A stretch of 64,000 nucleotides of DNA from Chloroflexota bacterium (lineage in GTDB: Bacteria > Chloroflexota > Limnocylindria > Limnocylindrales > CSP1-4), in the NCBI GenBank assembly GCA_034430475.1, contig DAOUEA010000009.1:43269-107268 (forward strand). Reading direction: 5' to 3'. Below are positions 57,875-64,000 of this stretch, one piece after another. Position 1 is the stretch's first letter, and each line of letters starts with the position of its first letter. The notes under the pieces were generated by a model. It was not told the origin of the DNA. It ran no database searches and was given only the letters and a program-made list of their open reading frames with translations. The position numbers and the translations under genes are program-made.

Positions 57875-58216
57875 GTGTTCTTCTTCGAGCTTCGCGAGGG
57901 TGACGACGACATCTTCTCGGATCTGATCGTGGCCCGGGAGGAGGAGATGGACCCTGAGGATTTCCTGGAGCTGGTGCAGTCGATCCGGCGGCGCATCCAG
58001 GACGCCTATGAGCACGACACCCTGATCGAGGCCATCGCGGACGAGCTGGAGCGGGACCACGGCTTCATTGCCGTCACCGACGACCGCCTGTCGGCCTCAG
58101 TCAACGTCTCGAAGAGCGACGACGACAACTACCTGGCGGACCTGAACACCGACGACGAGGGAGCCGACTACAGGGGCGTCTACGTCGACTTCGACCAGGG
58201 CAACCGCGCGCACTGA
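57875..58216 (+). CDS. small highly acidic hypothetical protein (113 aa)
   Basis: GTG start with GGAG upstream. High GC3 throughout. About 30% Asp/Glu. No recognised motif. Confidence 0.5.
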   Translation: MFFFELREGDDDIFSDLIVAREEEMDPEDFLELVQSIRRRIQDAYEHDTLIEAIADELERDHGFIAVTDDRLSASVNVSKSDDDNYLADLNTDDEGADYRGVYVDFDQGNRAH

Positions 58217-58231
58217 AGGCCGGCCCCTCCT

Positions 58232-59335
58232 CTACTTGCTGAACAGGATCTCGATCACGTCCCCGTCGCGGACCTGGTAGGTCTTGCCCTCGGAGCGGAG
58301 CTTGCCGTGCTTACGGGCCTCGGCGGTGGAGCGCAGCTCCAGCAGGTCCTCGTAGGGCACCACCTCGGCCCTGATGAAGCCCCTGGCCAGGTCGGTATGG
58401 ATGGCACCTGCCGCATCCACCGCGGTTGAGCCGTCCGGGACCGGCCAGGCCCGAACTTCATCCGGCCCGGCGGTAAGGAACGAGATGAGGCCGAGTAGCC
58501 GGTAGCTGAGCTTGATGACCCGGTCCAGGCTCGATTCGGCCAGGCCCAGGTCGGCCATGAAGGCCGCGGCCTCCTCGGGCTCCAGCTCGCCCAGCTCCAT
58601 CTCGATCCGCGCCGAGAGGCCGTCGACGATGCTGCGCTTGTGCTGATAGCGGCCTGCCACCCCAGCCACGATATCCCGCGCCCGGGGCAGATCGTCCTCG
58701 CCCACGTTCAGCAGCACCAGGACCGGCTTCTGGCTCAGGAACCGGAAGCCGCGGATCGCTTTCTCCTCTTCGGGGCCGATCTCCTGGTCGCGCAGCGGCG
58801 TGCCCGCGGCCAGCGGCTCGTGAAGGCGCTCCAGGAGAGCCAGCTCGCGGTCGTTGGCGTCGCGCTCGGCAGGAGTGCCATGGTGACCGCTGGCCTTGAG
58901 ACGCTCGAGCCGCTTCTCCATGACCGACAGGTCGGCCAGTGCCAGCTCCAGGTCCAGGCGCTCAAGGTCCCGCCAGGCGTCGACCGGGCCGTCCGGGTGC
59001 GGCACGGCCGCGTTCTCGAAGGCGCGCACCACGTGCAGCAGGGCGTCGGCCTCTCGCAGCCGGGCCAGCTGATCGGCCGGCAGCTCTTCGGTCGCTACCC
59101 GCCCCTCGCTCGAAGCCGGGGGCGCCGGCAGGTCGAAGTAGGTCACGTCGGCGTGGACGATCTTCTTGGGCTTGAAGATCTCGGCCAGCCTGTCCAGCCG
59201 CTCGTCCGGGACCTTGACCGTGCCGACGTGCAGCTCCATGCCGCCGTAGCCGCCGGTCTGGGCGTGGCCCCGCGTAAGCGTATTGAAGACGGTCGTCTTC
59301 CCCGAGGCCGCCAGCCCGACGATAGCTATCTGCAT
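58232..59335 (-). CDS. ychF: ribosome-binding ATPase YchF (Obg-family GTPase)
   Basis: MQIAIVGLAASGKTTVFNTL G1 motif and a TGS C-terminus (GFIRAEVV...DGDVIEI). ATG at 59335; the track ORF's 5' extension is read-through. Confidence 0.9.
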   Translation of the reverse strand: MQIAIVGLAASGKTTVFNTLTRGHAQTGGYGGMELHVGTVKVPDERLDRLAEIFKPKKIVHADVTYFDLPAPPASSEGRVATEELPADQLARLREADALLHVVRAFENAAVPHPDGPVDAWRDLERLDLELALADLSVMEKRLERLKASGHHGTPAERDANDRELALLERLHEPLAAGTPLRDQEIGPEEEKAIRGFRFLSQKPVLVLLNVGEDDLPRARDIVAGVAGRYQHKRSIVDGLSARIEMELGELEPEEAAAFMADLGLAESSLDRVIKLSYRLLGLISFLTAGPDEVRAWPVPDGSTAVDAAGAIHTDLARGFIRAEVVPYEDLLELRSTAEARKHGKLRSEGKTYQVRDGDVIEILFSK

Positions 59336-59339
59336 GGCC

Positions 59340-60371
59340 CTAGTATCCCGCCTCCAGGTCGACCCCGTACTTGAGTGGCCTGCCCTCGCGGAAGAGACGC
59401 AGGTTGTCGCAGAAGACCTCCAGCGTCCGATCCAGCACCGCCGGCGAGGACCAGCTCGTGTGGGCTGTGACGATGCAGTTCTCCAGGCGGTAGAAGGCCG
59501 AGGTGTCGGGCAACGGCTCCTGGCGGAGAGTGTCCAGGACGGCACCGCCCAGCGGCCCGTCGCGCAGGGCCCGCAGCAGCGCCCGCTCGTCTACCAGCGC
59601 CCCGCGGGCGACGTTGATGAGCCAGCTGCCAGGTCGGGCGGCCGACAGTACGTCATCGTCGACAAGGTTCTCCGTCTCGGCCGTGAGCGGCAGGGCCAGG
59701 ACGACGAAGTCGGAGGCGGCGAACAGCTCGGGCATGGCCTCGGGGCCGCCCAGGACCTCCACCCCGGGCGGCTCGTCGCCGGCACCGGGACGGCGGCGGA
59801 TGGCGACCGTTCGGGGCCCGAAGGGCGCCGCCAGCCGGGCGACCTCGCGGCCTATGCCGCCCAGGCCGGCCAGGCCGATCGTCATCTCACTCAGCTCGGC
59901 GGCTTGCAGAGGCTGCCATGTCCGTTCGGCCTGCAGCTCCAGCAGCTGAGGCAGCCGGCGGCAGACGGCCAGGATCATCGTCATCGCGTACTCGGCGATC
60001 GGCCGGTCGAAGACCCCACGGCTATTGGTAAGGGCCAGGCCGCGCACCTTGATCGCCGGCGTCAGGATCGACTCGACCCCCACCGAGGCGGAATGGATCC
60101 AGCGCAGCTTGGGCGCCCGGCCCACCACGCGATCGAGCGCCGGCCCCTCCATCGACCAGCCGCGGAACAGGACCTCGACGTCCTGCAGCGATTCGTCGGC
60201 CACGCCTTCGGCCGAGACGGGCACGAGCCGCGAGCCGGGGACAGCCTCCAGGATCCTCCGGCGCATGTCGTCGAAACCGTCCCGTCCGCTCAGCACGGGG
60301 CTGATAGCAATCGCCAGGGGCGACCCGCCCGGCCCGTGGCCGGGGCCTACCACCATCGCTTCGTCGGCCAT
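59340..60371 (-). CDS. D-isomer-specific 2-hydroxyacid dehydrogenase family protein
   Basis: NAD-binding GLAGLGGIGREVAR plus the catalytic R...E...H triad region (NVARG...TAHTSW). ATG 60371 has GAAGGAG upstream. Confidence 0.85.
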   Translation of the reverse strand: MADEAMVVGPGHGPGGSPLAIAISPVLSGRDGFDDMRRRILEAVPGSRLVPVSAEGVADESLQDVEVLFRGWSMEGPALDRVVGRAPKLRWIHSASVGVESILTPAIKVRGLALTNSRGVFDRPIAEYAMTMILAVCRRLPQLLELQAERTWQPLQAAELSEMTIGLAGLGGIGREVARLAAPFGPRTVAIRRRPGAGDEPPGVEVLGGPEAMPELFAASDFVVLALPLTAETENLVDDDVLSAARPGSWLINVARGALVDERALLRALRDGPLGGAVLDTLRQEPLPDTSAFYRLENCIVTAHTSWSSPAVLDRTLEVFCDNLRLFREGRPLKYGVDLEAGY

Positions 60372-60430
60372 CGTCTCGCTCCTTCGCCGCCCGAGCCGAG
60401 CAGCGCCGCCATCCCGCCCGCCGTCCGGCC

Positions 60431-61684
60431 TCATGAGTATGCCGGACCCGCGTCCGGCATGACCCGCGCCAACCACAACTCCGGGGCCTTGATCTCCTCG
60501 AGATCCGGCAGACACTCGGGCCCGCGCCACATGGCCCGCAAGCCCTCCGACCCTCGCGCCCGGGCGACCTCGGCCACGAAGGCCTCGCCGAGCCGGTACT
60601 GCTCCATCTTCAGGTCCAGCCCGGTGAGCCGCATCATCACCTTCTCGAAGCCAGTCCTCTGCGCCCGCCGGGCATGGAAGCGCTCGCTGATGCGCTCCAC
60701 GTCATAGACCAGATCCGCTCCGACGCGGTCCATGACGTAGTCGCTGAATCCCTCGAGCAGGCTCATCACCGCCTGTATCTCGCGGAAGCCACGCCGCTGC
60801 TCTTCGGTCATCAGGTCCTCCAGCCAGTGCTGGCCGGCGCCCTCCTCGCGCAGAGCCCGTCGCAGCCCTCTCAGCGCCTCGCGGCTCATGACCGAGACGC
60901 CGGAGGCCATCGAGTCCAGCTGCTTCTCGAACCTGCCCGCCAGGTACGGCCTGAGCCAGGTCTGCCCCTCGAACTCGAAGGCATGCGTCGTCTCGTGCAG
61001 CACGATCCAGGTCCGGAAGGGGTTGAGCGGCACCTCCAGGGTCTCCGCCACTCGACGGATGTTCTCGTCGACGAACATCAACCGGCCGGGAGTCGCCTCG
61101 GCCGAGAGCAAGGCCAGGTCGTACTGGCCCAGGACGCGCTGGCCCAGGAAGCCCAGCAGGTAGCCGAACTGCCGCGTCGTCACCGCCCGATTGGCAATGG
61201 TCATGCCCGAGCGAACGATGCCTGAGCCAGGAGGCACCGCCTCATCCAGCAGCCGGCCCTCGATCCGGCCCACGAGATCGGCGAAGGTCGAAACGTTGGC
61301 CCGAACCCAATCCGCCCGCGAGACCACTCCGGCACGTTCCACGACTCCCGGCAGCCGGGTCTCCAGGGCCGCCTCGAGCGCCGGCACGACGTCCCGCATT
61401 GCCGCGTCGTAGACCGGCTCGGCAGCAGCCAGCTCGTCCTTCGGAAGGCTCCCCTCCGCACGGCGCGCCCGGGCCACGGCTATGCGCACGACCTGCGGCC
61501 AGTCGACCAGGCCGCGCCGCGCGGACCGCTCCATGCGCCGTCCCAGGACCGTGATCCCGGCCCCGATGGCGGCTCCGACCAGGAGCCCGGCCTGCAAGAA
61601 GGCGTCGCGGCGCCACCCGGGGCGCTTCGAGGCGCGCTCTGTCTGAGGGCCGTGGCCGGGGCGGCGATCCGGCCGCTCGCTCAT
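60431..61684 (-). CDS. putative zinc metallohydrolase (HExxH; DUF2342-like conserved hypothetical)
   Basis: HETTHAFEF motif in a roughly 400-aa soluble protein with one N-terminal TM. The ATG overlaps the murI stop. Confidence 0.6.
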   Translation of the reverse strand: MSERPDRRPGHGPQTERASKRPGWRRDAFLQAGLLVGAAIGAGITVLGRRMERSARRGLVDWPQVVRIAVARARRAEGSLPKDELAAAEPVYDAAMRDVVPALEAALETRLPGVVERAGVVSRADWVRANVSTFADLVGRIEGRLLDEAVPPGSGIVRSGMTIANRAVTTRQFGYLLGFLGQRVLGQYDLALLSAEATPGRLMFVDENIRRVAETLEVPLNPFRTWIVLHETTHAFEFEGQTWLRPYLAGRFEKQLDSMASGVSVMSREALRGLRRALREEGAGQHWLEDLMTEEQRRGFREIQAVMSLLEGFSDYVMDRVGADLVYDVERISERFHARRAQRTGFEKVMMRLTGLDLKMEQYRLGEAFVAEVARARGSEGLRAMWRGPECLPDLEEIKAPELWLARVMPDAGPAYS

Positions 61685-62550
61685 CTCGAGCCCGCTTCCA
61701 GCTCGACCCCCTGCACATCCGGGAACGCCTCGCCGAACATCCGCTCGGCGGTGCCGCGGAAAGCACTGACGTCGCCGGTCGTCAGCTGCACGTGGGTCCC
61801 CGCCTCAGCAGCGGCGGAGGTGGGCGTGTCCAGGCCGTTCACAGATAGCAACTCCGCCAGCGACGAGGCGGTTGCCGTGGCCGAATCCACGATCGCCACT
61901 CCCTCGCCGACACAGCGCTGCAACGCCGCCACCAGCAAGGGGTAGTGGGTGCAACCCAGCAGCAGCGTGTCGATATGGGCCGATGGCGGCAGCGGGAAGA
62001 CGAACTCACCGTCACCGTCCCGATCGCCGAGCAGAGGGGCGACCGAGCGGCGCACGGCCTCCTCCACTTCGGGCCCGGTCAGCCGGCCGGCCTCGACCAG
62101 CGGGACCAGCTCCGGGGTGGCGTGCTCGTATGCCTCGATCGCCGGGTTCTCGTCCTTGATGGCGTGGAAGTAGGCCCGCGACCGGACCGTGGCAGGAGTG
62201 GCGATGACTCCCACGTGCCGGGTCCGCGTGGCCAGGGCCGCTGCCGCCGCGCCGGGGCGGACGACGCCCAGCACCGGCAGGTCGTAGCGCCGGCGGAAGT
62301 CGGCCAGGGCCACGGAGGTGGAGGTGTTGCAGGCCACGACAATGGCCTTCACGTCGCGCCCGGCAAGGGCGTCGAGGGCCTGGACGCTGAAGGCTCGGAC
62401 TTCGTCGTCCGGGCGGACGCCGTACGGCGCGCGAGCGTTGTCCCCCAGGTAGATCGTCGATTCCCGCGGCAGCCGACGAAGGATTTCGCGCAGGACGGTC
62501 AGGCCGCCGACGCCCGAGTCGAAGACTCCGATGGGCCGTGGATCGGGCAC
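61681..62550 (-). CDS. murI: glutamate racemase
   Basis: IGVFDSGVGGLTV...VVACNTS...GCTHYP are MurI motifs. Confidence 0.92.
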   Translation of the reverse strand: MPDPRPIGVFDSGVGGLTVLREILRRLPRESTIYLGDNARAPYGVRPDDEVRAFSVQALDALAGRDVKAIVVACNTSTSVALADFRRRYDLPVLGVVRPGAAAAALATRTRHVGVIATPATVRSRAYFHAIKDENPAIEAYEHATPELVPLVEAGRLTGPEVEEAVRRSVAPLLGDRDGDGEFVFPLPPSAHIDTLLLGCTHYPLLVAALQRCVGEGVAIVDSATATASSLAELLSVNGLDTPTSAAAEAGTHVQLTTGDVSAFRGTAERMFGEAFPDVQGVELEAGSR

Positions 62551-62554
62551 GGGC

Positions 62555-63685
62555 CTAGGAGCCGGCCCCGCGGCCGGAGATGATCTGCGCCGCCCGGCGC
62601 ACGTCGCGGCTCACCGGCGCATCCGGGTTCGCGACCACGAACGGCATGCCCTCGTTGTTGGCCTGGACCACCAGCCGGCCGTCGGACACGACCTCGAAGT
62701 CGGGCCGCTTGCCCAGCGCCCGCCCCAGATCGTCTCGAGTCAGGCCGCCGCTCGAATCGGAGCGGTTGATCAGGTAGCTGATCTTGTCGGCCGTGTAGCC
62801 GATCGAAGCGAAGGCGTCGGCCACCGCGATCGTGTTGTGGATCGTCGTGGAGTCGAAGGTGACGACCGAGAGGATCACGTCGCAGGCATCGAGGAAGGCC
62901 AGCGTGACCTCGGACAGGTTGGTCGGCGTATCGATCACGACCGCCTTGTACAGCCGCCGCAGGATGGAGATCGTTCGCTCCACGTCACGAGCGCTGACCA
63001 TCTCCGCCATCTCGACCCGGGGTGGGGCAAGCAGGATGTCCACGCCGGCCGGGTCGTGCCACAGGACCTCCTCCAGATCTGATTCCTGGATCCGATCCGT
63101 GGGCAGGTCCAGGATGGACGGCACGTCCTGCGGCACCTTCAGCAGCGCCCTAAGGTCTCCGTACTGGAGGCTGCCGTCGATGAGGCACGTCCGAACGCCG
63201 ATCTGGCCCAGCGCCACGGCCAGGTTGAAGGCGATCGTCGTCTTGCCCACGCCGCCCTTGGGCGAGAAGACCGAGATCACCCGGCACGAGTCAGCCACGC
63301 GGGCCTGCTTGTCCACCAGGACGTGAGACAACGTGTTGACCATCTCGAAGCCGGTGAACGGCAGGGTCAACACGGCGTCGATGCCGCGGGCGGGGTCGCG
63401 TGCCATGGGATGCTGCGGCACGGTCAGGACCACGACAGGGATATCCAGGGCCGAGTTGCGCATCTGCTCGATGAGCTGCGGGCCCTTCATCTTGCCCTGG
63501 AGAAGCAGGTCGACCATCAGCACGTCCGGCCTGAGCTGGCGGCAGGCATCCATGACCCGCGAGCCGTCGGACATGACTTCCAGGAGCTGAACCTGCGATT
63601 GGACGCTCAGCAGGTTGCGGATGTGCGCCGTCACCTGGGGCACATCCTCGGCCACGAGCAGTCGAATGGAGGTGGAGTTAGGCAC
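62555..63685 (-). CDS. second receiver-domain plus ParA/MinD-family ATPase fusion (CpaE-like paralog)
   Basis: A REC-like N-terminus (IRLLVAEDVP...VLMVDLLL) then the deviant Walker A FSPKGGVGKTTIAFNLAVAL. Confidence 0.78.
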   Translation of the reverse strand: MPNSTSIRLLVAEDVPQVTAHIRNLLSVQSQVQLLEVMSDGSRVMDACRQLRPDVLMVDLLLQGKMKGPQLIEQMRNSALDIPVVVLTVPQHPMARDPARGIDAVLTLPFTGFEMVNTLSHVLVDKQARVADSCRVISVFSPKGGVGKTTIAFNLAVALGQIGVRTCLIDGSLQYGDLRALLKVPQDVPSILDLPTDRIQESDLEEVLWHDPAGVDILLAPPRVEMAEMVSARDVERTISILRRLYKAVVIDTPTNLSEVTLAFLDACDVILSVVTFDSTTIHNTIAVADAFASIGYTADKISYLINRSDSSGGLTRDDLGRALGKRPDFEVVSDGRLVVQANNEGMPFVVANPDAPVSRDVRRAAQIISGRGAGS

Positions 63686-63692
63686 GGCCCGA

Positions 63693-63980
63693 CTATAGCA
63701 AGGAAGCGGGCGCGGGCCTGCTGCCTCTGTGCGTCACCAGGATGACCCGATCGTCATGGTCGGCCAGGGGCTCCAGATCGTAGCTGCCGGCCACGATCTC
63801 GATCTCGAGACCGGCCGCCAGGGCCATCTCCCGCAGCTCGTCGGCTCCGAGCAGCTTCAGCACATCCCGGCGCACCCACCTTCGGGCCGGCTGACCCTGC
63901 CCTCCCTCTTCGTAGACGGCGGTCAGCTCCACCGTGCCGTGCGCCGGATCATGGCTCGCACTGGCGGTCTTGGCCACCAT
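63693..63980 (-). CDS. hypothetical protein; may be the C-terminal part of a longer gene that runs off the window
   Basis: 95-aa ORF ending 7 bp after the preceding gene. No motif recognised. An upstream continuation beyond 64000 cannot be excluded. Confidence 0.35.
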   Translation of the reverse strand: MVAKTASASHDPAHGTVELTAVYEEGGQGQPARRWVRRDVLKLLGADELREMALAAGLEIEIVAGSYDLEPLADHDDRVILVTHRGSRPAPASLL

Positions 63981-64000
63981 CAGCCCCGTCTCCGGGTCGA

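Noticed and set aside
57856-57996. N-terminal 47 aa of the kinase ORF (MRRRIDCTSSRKSSGSISSS...)
   Set aside because: It overlaps the plus-strand acidic-protein gene and is low-complexity. Kinase homology starts at VVVVGAAARD. GC3 is uninformative because the third positions of both frames coincide.
1-64000. CRISPR arrays, rRNA genes, IS elements
   Set aside because: No regularly spaced short direct repeats, no rRNA-like stretches and no transposase-like ORFs were seen. The only repeats are the 27-bp ftsY tandem and a 20-nt intergenic pair.

Overview
This 64-kb window is ~70% GC and almost every gene is on the minus strand. The content is core housekeeping, arranged in a Firmicutes-like order (Symbiobacterium, Thermaerobacter or Limnochorda type; a Chloroflexi or Deinococcus-Thermus origin is not excluded). 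Reading the minus strand from high to low coordinate, the main blocks are: (1) rpsB-tsf-pyrH-frr-uppS-cdsA-dxr-rseP; (2) rpmF-plsX-asp23-nusB-acpP-rnc-smc-ftsY ... ffh-rpsP-KH-rimM-trmD-rplS-rnhB-yraN; (3) comM-dprA-(Ig/CAP protein)-topA-xerC-femX-murE-relA; (4) tyrA-nudix-like-ECF sigma-NfeD-SPFH-REC/ParA, which looks like a single operon; (5) an MrfA/MrfB-type DUF1998 helicase plus DEDDh exonuclease pair on the plus strand; (6) ftsH, a tRNA with anticodon CAU, trpB2, ThpR, an orphan DnaB C-terminal-domain ATPase, an M20 peptidase, ychF, murI, and two paralogous REC-ParA/MinD (CpaE-like) fusion proteins. I found no CRISPR array, rRNA, transposon or prophage. Many adjacent genes overlap by 4 nt (ATGA or GTGA), which suggests translational coupling. 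The large antisense ORFs in the track are high-GC artefacts. The items I would look at first are the ECF sigma factor whose stop overlaps the GTG start of an NfeD protease carrying a 55-aa cytoplasmic N-terminal extension (a candidate fused anti-sigma domain); the orphan DnaB-C ATPase next to ThpR; the MrfAB pair; the two orphan REC-ParA proteins; and several exported hypothetical proteins inserted into otherwise conserved clusters. All calls rest on reading the supplied translations and the sequence directly; no database search was run.
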